The notes under the pieces were generated by a model. It was not told the origin of the DNA. It saw nothing but the letters and a program-made list of their open reading frames with translations, and did no database searches. From a virus, in IMG/VR virus record IMGVR_UViG_3300035562_000069, positions 5,781 to 69,780 of that record: a stretch of DNA of 64,000 nucleotides. One strand, given 5' to 3'. Below, in pieces: positions 10,464-20,047 of this stretch; within the stretch, counting starts at the first letter, position 1, and each line of letters begins with the position of its first letter. The position numbers and the translations under genes were made by a program.

Positions 10464-10625
10464 CTACTGTATTTCATTATATCGTTGTTCGATGTTCTTT
10501 AATAAAATCCATCCTAATAACGCAGTAGTTTGCACAGTCTCAATCTTTGTATCTTCATCGCAGTGTGTAAGTAAATCTAACAGCGCAGCTAAACTGGCTA
10601 ATGCATCTTCAATGTCCAATGTCAC
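10464..10625 (-). CDS. 53-aa SOS-regulated protein, candidate antirepressor
   Basis: GGGGAG RBS then GTG at 10625 (MTLDIEDALASLAALLDLL...); directly downstream of a LexA-boxed promoter. Confidence 0.65.
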   Translation of the reverse strand: MTLDIEDALASLAALLDLLTHCDEDTKIETVQTTALLGWILLKNIEQRYNEIQ

Positions 10626-10685
10626 AAAAATCTCCCCAGCAGAAGCCAAACATATCGATATGAATTAAAATGATTTTTATTAAAT

Positions 10686-10728
10686 AACTGTATGTATATA
10701 CAGTAGTATTTTATTACATACGTGTCAA
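10686..10728 (-). promoter_or_regulatory. Sigma70 promoter with overlapping LexA (SOS) box
   Basis: TTGACA-17bp-TACTGT; box TACTGTATATACATACAGTT (10686-10705) is 18/20 identical to the LexA consensus. Confidence 0.9.
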
Positions 10729-10850
10729 CGCAGACGCCCATAAGTTTGTTGTGTTGGCAATGGCTAACACTCTGAAGTATTGAACAAGCAATAATTAGCA
10801 ATTGAATTTTATTTATAAAACAATTAGATATAATCATTCAGTTAGATTGA

Positions 10851-10885
10851 ATGCAAAAGCGCAGCGCAAAAATGCGCTTTTGCAT
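10851..10885. terminator. Hairpin insulating the SOS gene from the late operon
   Basis: 13-bp perfect stem ATGCAAAAGCGCA/TGCGCTTTTGCAT just after the 446-aa gene stop. Confidence 0.65.
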
Positions 10886-10895
10886 CACTTGATGC

Positions 10896-12236
10896 TTACT
10901 GTTGCTGTCGTTGTGCCTGCTGGCGCATCTCCCTCAGGTATCCCGCCGCATACGAATTCTCGGGTGGTTGTGCCGGTGCCTGGCCTTGAGGCGTTGCAGT
11001 AGTGGATGCCGCTGGCTGCCCACCTCCCTGCTTCTGGGATTTCCATTGTTGGTAGAATTGGATGTCTTGAGCATTCTTAGGATCCGGTGGTACTCCGTTC
11101 TCCTTTTGGTACTCTACAGAGAAATCTTCGAATGAATCAGTTGGTTTACCTGGCTGTCCGTAAGTCTGCAGCACCTGATTTTGCAACTGATCATATTGGT
11201 TATTGATTTCAGCCATTGCGTCTTTATCAGTCGCACCGGCCAATGCCTTAGCGCGGGCCTTGCCCACGTCGAGCAAATCGCGGCGCAAGCCGTTGGCCTC
11301 TTCACGGCTAGCAGTCTTATCCGGCGGGTTAACCATATTGTTGAGGAAGGCAGCGCGATCCGGTTGGTTAAGCTGGCCGACCATCTGACCATAGCCACGA
11401 ATTTCATCCATCATGCGTGATACCGGCATATGCGCGAGTTGATTATCACGCTCATCTGCGGAACCTAATTCAGTCATCGGCTTCTGAGCGGTGGATCCAT
11501 CGTCATACTTAACTGTTAAACCAGGAATGATGTATTTCCCATCCTCGCTTACGCCAATGTGGCCTAGTTCTTTGCTGACGATTTTCTTACCCGTCAGCGG
11601 ATCAACCTCACCCACGCCACGCTGAATATGTGGTGACAGCACAGTATTCATCAGCTTGATGACTTTCGGATCGTTGTAGTTCATCTCACCAGAGAGCACC
11701 TTCGGCATGACGCGGTTCACTTCCATCACGTTGTTGATCGCCTCCTGTCCAAAGAAGCGCCCTGGGTTAAGCGGGTTGTCTTTCGAAATCTGCGAGTACA
11801 GTTGCGGGTCGAATTTGCCCGTCTCCTCCATCTGTTTATAAAGCGTCTGAACCACCGGCATTTCATTCTGCAGACGCTGGCTGCGCTCTTCCTGCATCAT
11901 GCGATAATTGTATTCCTTCTGCCGCATGCCCAGTTCCTGCGCACGCATACCAAGGCCAGCGCGGCTGATCCCCACCTGTTGCTGATCGAGTGCATGGCGT
12001 AAGCCCCATTGTTTATCGCCCACTTGGTCGCGCTCTTTCTGATAACCAAAATTGCGCTGGTCGCGATCTTTGCCGTAATTAAAATCGGCTTCACGCAGAC
12101 TGTAGTTGCGATCGGAGTCCTTCACTTGCTGCTGCAGGGCCGCGTCGCGCTGCTGTAGTTCCTTGTTACGCGAGATAGCTGTATCAGCAGTATTGAAGCC
12201 AGCCAGGAAGCCATCCGCCAGACCTTGAACACCCAT
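10896..12236 (-). CDS. Internal virion/DNA ejection protein (446 aa)
   Basis: Position in ejection block; Q-rich coiled N-terminus; GLADGFLAGF start typical of ejection proteins. Confidence 0.65.
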   Translation of the reverse strand: MGVQGLADGFLAGFNTADTAISRNKELQQRDAALQQQVKDSDRNYSLREADFNYGKDRDQRNFGYQKERDQVGDKQWGLRHALDQQQVGISRAGLGMRAQELGMRQKEYNYRMMQEERSQRLQNEMPVVQTLYKQMEETGKFDPQLYSQISKDNPLNPGRFFGQEAINNVMEVNRVMPKVLSGEMNYNDPKVIKLMNTVLSPHIQRGVGEVDPLTGKKIVSKELGHIGVSEDGKYIIPGLTVKYDDGSTAQKPMTELGSADERDNQLAHMPVSRMMDEIRGYGQMVGQLNQPDRAAFLNNMVNPPDKTASREEANGLRRDLLDVGKARAKALAGATDKDAMAEINNQYDQLQNQVLQTYGQPGKPTDSFEDFSVEYQKENGVPPDPKNAQDIQFYQQWKSQKQGGGQPAASTTATPQGQAPAQPPENSYAAGYLREMRQQAQRQQQ

Positions 12237-12246
12237 GATTTACTCC

Positions 12247-12729
12247 TTAAAAAAGTTGGCTTGCCAATAGACCGACCGCCGCGCCAATACCCATACCGAT
12301 AGGGCCGCCCCATGCACCGGCTGTCGCACCTGTAGCTGCAGCAGTACCTGCCCCGGCAGCAACACCGGTTGCTGTTCCTGCGGCTGCTGCGCCACCAGCT
12401 GCTGCTGCCGTTCCTGCTGCTGCGGTACCGGCGGCGGCAGTGCCTGCGGCGGCTGTTCCGGCTGCCGCGCCTGCAGCTCCAGCCTCTGCGGCTCCCGCAG
12501 CTGATCCTGCAGCAGTACCCGCACCACTTCCCAGCAAAGAACTGCCCGACCCCATGGCCAGCCCCATACCAGCGCCGGTACCGGTCATCTGCATCTTCAT
12601 TTGCTTCTCAGCATCTTTCAGTTGCTGGTTTGCAACTTCACGCTGCGTTTCACGCGAGGACGCTTCACCAAATCCCTGCAACGCCTGCTGGCGCGTCTGG
12701 TTCGCGATATCCACTAATCCGTATCCCAT
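12247..12729 (-). CDS. Ala/Gly-rich internal virion protein with AAAGT repeats
   Basis: Low-complexity hydrophobic C-terminus ending WGGPIGMGIGAAVGLLASQLF, typical of pilot/ejection proteins. Confidence 0.65.
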   Translation of the reverse strand: MGYGLVDIANQTRQQALQGFGEASSRETQREVANQQLKDAEKQMKMQMTGTGAGMGLAMGSGSSLLGSGAGTAAGSAAGAAEAGAAGAAAGTAAAGTAAAGTAAAGTAAAAGGAAAAGTATGVAAGAGTAAATGATAGAWGGPIGMGIGAAVGLLASQLF

Positions 12730-13115
12730 TAGCTGCTACTCCCGCCGCCGATATTCATTTGTTGGCGGAGGCTGGCGCTGCCCCCCGTCAGAATATTCAT
12801 TTGCCGATCCGCTTCACCTTCTCGGATCCCGTTTTTGGCCCCGGCAGTTGCCAACGCAGACCTTAGTCCCAGGCTGTTGTCTCCTGTTGTTGGAGATTGC
12901 GCCACCCCGTAGCGTGCCATCTGGTTTTTCTGGCCGACCTGCGCCGTGTTCAGCGTCTGCTGCGTATTGGCATCAGCGCGGGATAGTTGGTCATTCATCA
13001 ATTGACCACTCGTCGCAAGCCCCATTAGCTCTTTCTGTTTCGGATAAAATCGGTTCTGCCAATCCGCGTACTGCTCCCGGATCAATCGGGCGTAGGTATC
13101 TGCTGCCTGTCCCAT
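12729..13115 (-). CDS. Putative internal virion protein (128 aa)
   Basis: Tightly coupled ORF in ejection block. Confidence 0.6.
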   Translation of the reverse strand: MGQAADTYARLIREQYADWQNRFYPKQKELMGLATSGQLMNDQLSRADANTQQTLNTAQVGQKNQMARYGVAQSPTTGDNSLGLRSALATAGAKNGIREGEADRQMNILTGGSASLRQQMNIGGGSSS

Positions 13116-13126
13116 ACGTACCCCTA

Positions 13127-13798
13127 TTAGTTAAAAGTCGATTTACCGAATGGCGTGTTTGACACACCGTATTGCCCGCTGCTTTTACCGCCACCAAATA
13201 CCCCGGTTGAACCGGCGCTTGCCGCTGGCGCAGCGGCATCCTGCAATCCATAGGTACGCACGGCGGCGCCACCCAATGCACCAGCGACTCCTGCCGTCGC
13301 TTGTCGGTTGCTCATTGATCGCTGCGCATCGGACTGTGCTTTTTGCATGCTGGTATTTGCGATGCTATTGAACCCAGACAAAGCATCGGCTTTCTGGCCG
13401 GCACCCATCGCAACGACATCCTGCAGGCCACCAACATACTTATCGGCCTGGGTACTCTGCGCGCGGTTAGTCGTGTCGATCTGGCCGGCAACCTGATCTG
13501 AAGTGATGTTGTCGAGCGTCCCCTGGAATTTGCCGCTGCTTGGATCCACGCCCCTGGCTGCCAACTGCGTGGCGGTATCCTGCCGCGCCTTACCGAACTC
13601 GGCCTGGTAGCCAAGGTTGGTATCATTAGCAATGTCCGCATACTTCTGCTCGTTGTTCAGCGCATCGACCTTATCCATAAACAGATTTTCATAAGGCCGG
13701 AGCTCGTTCTGATAAAGGTCCCATTGCTGCGAAGCCACCTGCGCCGCCGCCTTTTCATTCTCTGTTTCTTTGACTTCGTTACTGCCACCTTTGCCCAT
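13127..13798 (-). CDS. Putative internal virion protein (223 aa)
   Basis: MGKGGS... N-terminus and Gly/Ala-rich C-terminus typical of podovirus core proteins. Confidence 0.6.
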   Translation of the reverse strand: MGKGGSNEVKETENEKAAAQVASQQWDLYQNELRPYENLFMDKVDALNNEQKYADIANDTNLGYQAEFGKARQDTATQLAARGVDPSSGKFQGTLDNITSDQVAGQIDTTNRAQSTQADKYVGGLQDVVAMGAGQKADALSGFNSIANTSMQKAQSDAQRSMSNRQATAGVAGALGGAAVRTYGLQDAAAPAASAGSTGVFGGGKSSGQYGVSNTPFGKSTFN

Positions 13799-13805
13799 AC
13801 CACCC

Positions 13806-14174
13806 TCACACCGGGATCCGGAATTTCATTAATCCATCTTCATCAGGTAGGCGCACAAAACCGAGTCGCCTGGCTACTCTGATGAACCCTTTCCTGTCTG
13901 TGTAAAACTCTGCCCACCTGCCACCGATCATTCGTGTCAGGTCTTTAACGCGCGGGGTATACCGCAGCAGCCCATCGGTAGCAGTGCTTACGCCTAACCA
14001 CACGACGACATACGGAACACCGTCTTTCATCCGCGGACGCAAGACGATCCGGGCATCATCGGCACCAAAGCAAAACGCCTGCTTTTCACGGCAGGCGTCT
14101 TGAATTTCTGTTATCAAGTTTTTATCGGCGCTTCGCCTGGCAAGGGCATTCACCTTTTCTTCAAGCGTCATCAT
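13806..14174 (-). CDS. Small virion-assembly protein, possibly degenerate GNAT fold (T7 gp13-like position)
   Basis: Lies between tail and ejection genes; ends ARRLGFVRL, reminiscent of GNAT motif B. Confidence 0.45.
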   Translation of the reverse strand: MMTLEEKVNALARRSADKNLITEIQDACREKQAFCFGADDARIVLRPRMKDGVPYVVVWLGVSTATDGLLRYTPRVKDLTRMIGGRWAEFYTDRKGFIRVARRLGFVRLPDEDGLMKFRIPV

Positions 14175-15439
14175 TGCGGGCCGCTCGTGGCTATCTGTCG
14201 CCCGGATTTATAGACGCCAATTACCGGCTTGGCCCTTACTTCAGGGCTCCCGGTACTACCGCCACCACTGATCACTGGAGTGTAAATAGCGACACTGCTC
14301 CCCCTGTTCTCACCTATCCGGATGATTAACTGTTGCTGCTTATCACGTCCGACCGCTGGGAGCTGTATGCCCTCGAGCAAATAGATTAATGACCCGCTTT
14401 CCCCGTTATTCCCCGTGTCTTTGTAAGCAATTTGGATATCTTCATGGCCCGGGCTCCGCAGAATAACGGTGAAGTACTGTCTATCAGCGCTTGCAGCCAA
14501 AATCGTGACGTTTGTATCCATGACACGATCGAAATCCTCACCCACAATATTCCAAATCACATGATCTCCAGCCTCACTCGACCATGTGAAGCCATAGCGC
14601 ACACCTTGAGTGATGGGGGGCATAGATATCCCACCAGACTGCGCGTTATACACATCACCTACCAACTTATTGGCGTAGATTGTACCTCGGACATCGCAGT
14701 CCTCCAGGATCTGACAGTTCCTGAATGTGGCGCGCTCAGCGTATACGTCGTAGAACCACCCGCCATTAGCCGTCATAAAGTTCATGCTGGCATTGATGGC
14801 CGTCATGTTGCCGTTCTCATCGACCTTGAACCGACCATTCTCAATCCGAGCAGATCGCAACAGCGGAGTGATCATCTCAATACCGGCGATGACGCGGTCA
14901 GCAATCAGGTTTTGTGCTGCATCCGGATCGGTTTTCGCGAATGTGCCGGCAGTATCATTGAACGGCCCCGGTACGCCATTGGCGTTAACATGGCGGATCC
15001 AGTAGTAAGCACCTGGCGTGCCGGTATTCTGCGGATCGCTGAAGACGCCGGCGGCTTCAGTGCCCACGATTACTGCATCCGCAAGATTGTCCTCACTGTT
15101 GCGGTAGACTTCCGTCAGCGAGTGGCCGCCGTACTTCGGCATATCCCACACCAGCGCGATAAACGAGAACGCGCCATACGCCGTGAAGCCCGTTGGCTTA
15201 GTCGGGAACTGCGTCGGTTTGTTTGCTCCCGGCCCACCCCAGTCCGGCGGCGGCGTCCATCCAGGTATCAATGACACGCCACCGTTACCCGCTTTCTTGG
15301 TCGAGAAGCCGAGTCGAGCCAAATCACGCACAGTAACAGCACGATCAAGGCCATCGCCGCGCTGTCCGGTCAACGTCTGAATATTCTCTGCCACCGTCGG
15401 CAGATCCGTACCAGAACGAAACTTACCTTTATTGTTCAC
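14171..15439 (-). CDS. Tail tip/fibre protein (J-C-terminus/DUF1983-like region)
   Basis: FnIII-like segment (YYWIRHVNANGVPGPFN) and FKVDENGNMTAINA repeats. Confidence 0.6.
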   Translation of the reverse strand: MNNKGKFRSGTDLPTVAENIQTLTGQRGDGLDRAVTVRDLARLGFSTKKAGNGGVSLIPGWTPPPDWGGPGANKPTQFPTKPTGFTAYGAFSFIALVWDMPKYGGHSLTEVYRNSEDNLADAVIVGTEAAGVFSDPQNTGTPGAYYWIRHVNANGVPGPFNDTAGTFAKTDPDAAQNLIADRVIAGIEMITPLLRSARIENGRFKVDENGNMTAINASMNFMTANGGWFYDVYAERATFRNCQILEDCDVRGTIYANKLVGDVYNAQSGGISMPPITQGVRYGFTWSSEAGDHVIWNIVGEDFDRVMDTNVTILAASADRQYFTVILRSPGHEDIQIAYKDTGNNGESGSLIYLLEGIQLPAVGRDKQQQLIIRIGENRGSSVAIYTPVISGGGSTGSPEVRAKPVIGVYKSGRQIATSGPQ

Positions 15440-17061
15440 GCAGGCATCTCCATCATTGAAGTGGAAAGCGTGATCCGGTCAACCTGACCCCGCCCCCACG
15501 TTTCGATCATCCACTTGCGTCCTGATATTGGCGGCAACTTGAGCATGCTTTCCCGCAACGAACCCGGTGGCAAAGTGATCACCTGCGCGCCATCGACAAT
15601 AATATTGATGCCAACAAAGAAGAGCTGTTCGCTCATTACCCGCAAGCAGGAAAAAGAGGTGTCATAGGGTGCCAGAAAGGGTTTTGAGCGCCAGCGCATG
15701 CTAACTGACATATCGCCACCCTGCAGGGTATAGAGCTGGGTACCCTTCACGATGTAAAGCGTGTCGCTCTTCTCATCGTTAAAGCCGGCATCGAACGAGG
15801 CCGTCATGTGCCGGATATCCATCATTTGGGGATTGAAGATAAAGCCCGCAGTGCCATCAGGCGTGTCGTATAGCGCCAGATACTCATTCTCCACCCGCCA
15901 GGCACGAATCGATGTCGGGTTAAACATCTTCCGCCACTGCTTCTGCTCGACGATTTTCTCTGTGGCCACCAGCGCATTACCCGAAGCATCCACAGTAACA
16001 ATGCCGTTGGGTGATGCGTAAATTGCAAACCCATCCATCGCGACCATTGAACGGCGTGACACACAAGCCAGGGTGATATTAGGCTCTGTACTGCTGATGT
16101 TTGACGGCGTGATGCCGCTGAATAGATACGGATCACCTTCGGTGCCAACCACCAGAGAAGTGCCGACTGGCGCGATGGCAACAATCTTGTTCATGGTGGT
16201 CTGCCGGTTTGTCGGCTTCCAGGCATACGGCAGATAGGCTTCAGAGAACATCACCTCATTGCCTTTGAAACCCGCACAGATACCATTTTTCATGGCACAC
16301 AAACCGATCATGCCTTCCTGCGGCATCATGTAGTCGTAGGTTTCCAGCGTTGCACTCAGTTCTGCGCCAGACAGTGAATCTTCAAAGGATCCAATGGCGA
16401 TCCCCAGTTCGACCACCAGCAGGAAGTCTGCGGTGCTATCGCTGGTTGCCGAGCGATAAATGCGGCGTCGCGTGATGTTACTGTTTTGGGTGCCTGGCGG
16501 CTGGAGCTGCAATGCGACCGTACTACCCGGGTAAATAATAGTGACCTCCGCTGACGCGGGCCCCGGCGGCCCTTCTTCGCCATAGTCGGTTACATAGGTT
16601 TCAACATAGAACCGCGTTTCATCGTCCGTCGGATCATCCTCTCCCGGGTCTGCCGGTGGTGTTACACCACCAATCACAATCGCATGTTCTGGTGCTGGAA
16701 TGCCTAAACGGAAATACGCCGCCGGATAGTTGCCTTGCCCTTGTGTCGCAATGCGGTTGCTTGTCACCTTCGGGTAAGAGCCATCGGTAAAATAAACACG
16801 GTCATAATCGTCATTGGCTACCGGACTGCGGATCGCATCAACGATGCCGTTCCAGGCAAACCAGACATCGTCGTGATAGTTGAAAATGGTGCCAGGCGTA
16901 ATGCTAAATACCTTGGCTTGCTTGGCATCAACGTTATTCGGAGTGATCACGCCGTGGCGAAAATGGCAGTTATTGGCGATCGTCGCAGAGGATTGCGGCA
17001 ATAGGTGCGCGACCATGCGCGGCATCTCGCCGCCCATAGTTGTGATGTCGATATCAGGCAT
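15436..17061 (-). CDS. Tail nozzle/stabilisation protein (P22 gp10/T7 gp12-like)
   Basis: 541 aa, beta-propeller-like motifs (FSEAYLPYAW, LACVSRRSMV); position in tail block. Confidence 0.65.
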   Translation of the reverse strand: MPDIDITTMGGEMPRMVAHLLPQSSATIANNCHFRHGVITPNNVDAKQAKVFSITPGTIFNYHDDVWFAWNGIVDAIRSPVANDDYDRVYFTDGSYPKVTSNRIATQGQGNYPAAYFRLGIPAPEHAIVIGGVTPPADPGEDDPTDDETRFYVETYVTDYGEEGPPGPASAEVTIIYPGSTVALQLQPPGTQNSNITRRRIYRSATSDSTADFLLVVELGIAIGSFEDSLSGAELSATLETYDYMMPQEGMIGLCAMKNGICAGFKGNEVMFSEAYLPYAWKPTNRQTTMNKIVAIAPVGTSLVVGTEGDPYLFSGITPSNISSTEPNITLACVSRRSMVAMDGFAIYASPNGIVTVDASGNALVATEKIVEQKQWRKMFNPTSIRAWRVENEYLALYDTPDGTAGFIFNPQMMDIRHMTASFDAGFNDEKSDTLYIVKGTQLYTLQGGDMSVSMRWRSKPFLAPYDTSFSCLRVMSEQLFFVGINIIVDGAQVITLPPGSLRESMLKLPPISGRKWMIETWGRGQVDRITLSTSMMEMPA

Positions 17062-17083
17062 ATGGGGTCACAAATTGAGGGAA

Positions 17084-17158
17084 TAAAAAAACCGACCTTA
17101 CTGTTAAGCATAGGTCGGCATCTTTGGAGAATTTAGCGCGCATCACTCAAGTTGGCAA
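17084..17158 (-). promoter_or_regulatory. Late promoter-terminator cassette, copy 2
   Basis: TTGCCA-17bp(...ATGCGCGC)-TAAATT-ctcc-AAAGAT, hairpin CCGACCT/AGGTCGG and U-tract. Confidence 0.8.
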
Positions 17159-17251
17159 CTGACAACTTGAATTTTCCCCTATACCCCTATAATGCCGGGG
17201 GCATGATTTCTTGAAGAAAGTTGCCAATGTAGATTGTTCATCCATAGATGA

Positions 17252-17965
17252 TTAAGGAACTGTTACACCTCTTTTAGCCATAATCTCAGTTATGGTGTCC
17301 ATTCTTTTTACCGCAGTATCCACATCGATAAATTCTTTGTAAAACAGGAGCATTCCCAATGTTCCAGAAGCACCGGCCGTTATTGATCCGGCAGAGACAT
17401 TCGACGGAATGCCATTAATATAATATGGGTTCCGCTTACCAATACCTCGGTTCGCTATTGCTATCTCATTTCGACTTCCACCATGTGTGATCTGCCTTAT
17501 GAGTCCATTGTTCCAGCTAAGGGTTCGAACAGTCCAAGCACCGGTAAATGTTAACCCTAAAGCAGTTAGTGATGAGCCGGAACCAATGCCGCTTGCGATG
17601 TTAAGCTGCCCAGAATTGTTGTCCAAGGTAACAAGCCGAGTTCCTGTATACATATTTGTAGAAGTGTCGAAATTATTAAAAAAAGATTTTGCGACACCAT
17701 CATTAGCTATGTTGCAGCAAAATATCACTGTGAACTCGTCTTGCTCCATAACTGGGGTTTTAATTATATTTTCTGGACTATTTCTCAAAACAGCACCGTT
17801 TGAGTCGAACGAGCCATTCCATGAAAAGTGATTTCCGTGACCACTGAAGTCCCTGTTAGACATCATATCGTAACCCGCTACCAGAGTATCTGTAATCAAC
17901 GGTATACGCTGATCGATAAGTGGTAACTCATCATTGTCTATTTCCGTATCCAGTATAATTCTCAT
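17252..17965 (-). CDS. AT-rich beta-rich partner of the tailspike (237 aa)
   Basis: TAAATG coupling to tailspike stop; beta-strand-rich, LamG-like appearance. Confidence 0.6.
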   Translation of the reverse strand: MRIILDTEIDNDELPLIDQRIPLITDTLVAGYDMMSNRDFSGHGNHFSWNGSFDSNGAVLRNSPENIIKTPVMEQDEFTVIFCCNIANDGVAKSFFNNFDTSTNMYTGTRLVTLDNNSGQLNIASGIGSGSSLTALGLTFTGAWTVRTLSWNNGLIRQITHGGSRNEIAIANRGIGKRNPYYINGIPSNVSAGSITAGASGTLGMLLFYKEFIDVDTAVKRMDTITEIMAKRGVTVP

Positions 17966-20047
17966 TTAAAGCCTCGTCTGTTCGAACAATCCAATTTGAG
18001 CGACACTACAATCTGCGATCCCACTATTAAAAACGATTGTCACTTTGTTGTACTCATCCGAAACTGTGAACTCATACCAGTAATATGCCCACTCGGTTAT
18101 AGCCGCATCCCAACCGCGAATGCCCGCCAAATGAGATGATGATAATTCATTGCCTCCCAACACATAGAATTCGAATAATCCTGCCCCATCTGTTTTGACA
18201 AAGAAACCCAATGCATACCTTCCGCCTGGAATAGTATCAATAGTAATAGAAGACGATTGATTTCTCGAAACCCATGAGTTACCGCTAAGCCCACTGGCAG
18301 AGATTCTCGATACTCCTACCGTTTTTACATTCCAACCTTTTGGATTTAAACCATTATGTTCAAGAAATAATGGATTGCTAATTATGTTATTAGATAACCC
18401 TGGCAACAGCTGCTCATCTGCATGCTGAGGAAATACAGGCGCAGTCCAATCCAGTAAACCATCAACAAGTGCTTTGCCCATTGCCCGTGCACCATTGCTA
18501 GTCGGGTGTGATACGTCTTGATTATAACCAGCGATCCAATCACCTGTTTCTGGGTTTACCGTGTTTCGGTGAAGATCAACAAGTGGGAGCCGATGCTTAT
18601 GTGCATAAGATCTAAACCAGTTATTGAGTTTATGCTCAGCAATTCGGCGAGTATTATTACTACTATTGCCATGTGCAGACATGGTGCACACAATAGGAAT
18701 GATCCCTGCTTGCCTTAAGATAAGGAATATTTTCTTTAATGCCGGGATTGTCACCCTGTCAATATCAATACCCTGCACGATATCATTTCGCCCACCCATG
18801 ACGACACAAAACGTGGGGCTGGCAACTAGAGCTTTAGGTAAGTGGGTTTTCAAAATCTGTGTTGCTGTAAATCCTCCCGTTGCTGAGGCACCCACCAACC
18901 TTAATCTTGCAGACGAAAATAACATTGCCCAAGCATGCCATGAAAGACTATTAAAACAAGCAGCGTAAGATCCATATGGCCCATTACCTGAACGAGAAAT
19001 CCCATTTGCAGTAATAGAGTCACCAATGGCAAAAAAATCACCAGGCAATGGCCCACGATGATTATGTAACGGTTCGCCAAAATAAATTTTCCTACCTGTT
19101 TTTTTATCGGTGGCAAATAGAACTCGCCCTTTGGTATCTATTTCAGCCAATGGATAGTTATCAGCGCTATCTTCAAGTGCCGTGATAATTGGAGTGTGTA
19201 TGTTCTGTGGGGAGAATGATTCAGTTTCAAGGCTTTTGGTCTTAACACCAGCAGGAGCGTTAATCTTTCCATCATTCTCTGCAAATAATAGACCACGCCC
19301 TTTTTTATCTAAAAGCTCAAAAGAATAAAATGACTCTGCCTCAGTTCTCAAACCGTCTGTTCTTTTATCAGTAGCAAGAGAACGTTCATTCACCCTGTCA
19401 ACAAATTGCTTGTTTGGAAGTGATGTCAAAAATTGGGCTATGCCATTTGTATTTCTGTAGTAATTAAATGCGACTATTACTTCATCGCCCAATCTGATGA
19501 TCACTCTAAAACTTTGACCGTTGGTTGTTGCAGCCAATCCAGCAATAGTCCCATCCGGGTCAGAATCAGTTGAGTAAAATGTGTTAGCGTCAGCGATATT
19601 TTGAGCAATTTCTGCGCTTTCTTTAGCTATGCTACTTGCTGTAACAGCTTCATTTCTTGCTGAAACTGTAGTGGTAACCGCTTCATCAATCTTTCCAAAG
19701 CTTGTAAAGAGAATCCCGGTTTGAGTTTGAAAGTAAGTCCAATAGTCTGCAGGTATCTCTGCCATCATGGCATCTTGCAGGATCAATGCATTAATGGATT
19801 TTGGAACCGTTAAATCAGTAACGGTGATCATGCCAGAAAACCAGTTATTCCCATCTTTGGAAATAGACACGGCAAAGTTACCGTTGTGCAAAGTAAATGA
19901 ATACCTACCATCCTTATCTGTCTTAACAGTCAATGGAGTACCACCAAGTACTGTCAAGCTCGTAGAGATAGCAATAAGCGTAATATCAGCGTTATCAATA
20001 ACATTTCCTGCTGGTGACTTTAAAGTACCATCAACGAGGATACTCAT
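17966..20047 (-). CDS. Tailspike/receptor-binding protein with N-terminal Stf-like anchor, SGNH/GDSL esterase domain and C-terminal CBM-like domain
   Basis: SGNH blocks FAIGDSIT, GGFT, MGGRNDI, DVSHP; N-terminus MSILVDGTLKSPAG...DGRYSFTL. Confidence 0.8.
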   Translation of the reverse strand: MSILVDGTLKSPAGNVIDNADITLIAISTSLTVLGGTPLTVKTDKDGRYSFTLHNGNFAVSISKDGNNWFSGMITVTDLTVPKSINALILQDAMMAEIPADYWTYFQTQTGILFTSFGKIDEAVTTTVSARNEAVTASSIAKESAEIAQNIADANTFYSTDSDPDGTIAGLAATTNGQSFRVIIRLGDEVIVAFNYYRNTNGIAQFLTSLPNKQFVDRVNERSLATDKRTDGLRTEAESFYSFELLDKKGRGLLFAENDGKINAPAGVKTKSLETESFSPQNIHTPIITALEDSADNYPLAEIDTKGRVLFATDKKTGRKIYFGEPLHNHRGPLPGDFFAIGDSITANGISRSGNGPYGSYAACFNSLSWHAWAMLFSSARLRLVGASATGGFTATQILKTHLPKALVASPTFCVVMGGRNDIVQGIDIDRVTIPALKKIFLILRQAGIIPIVCTMSAHGNSSNNTRRIAEHKLNNWFRSYAHKHRLPLVDLHRNTVNPETGDWIAGYNQDVSHPTSNGARAMGKALVDGLLDWTAPVFPQHADEQLLPGLSNNIISNPLFLEHNGLNPKGWNVKTVGVSRISASGLSGNSWVSRNQSSSITIDTIPGGRYALGFFVKTDGAGLFEFYVLGGNELSSSHLAGIRGWDAAITEWAYYWYEFTVSDEYNKVTIVFNSGIADCSVAQIGLFEQTRL

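Noticed and set aside
12340-12520. AAAGT peptide repeats as a contingency locus
   Set aside because: Repeats are degenerate at DNA level; ordinary low complexity of ejection proteins
17166-17193. Plus-strand TTGAAT...TATAAT antisense promoter near the tailspike partner
   Set aside because: Spacer is only 15 bp and there is no other support
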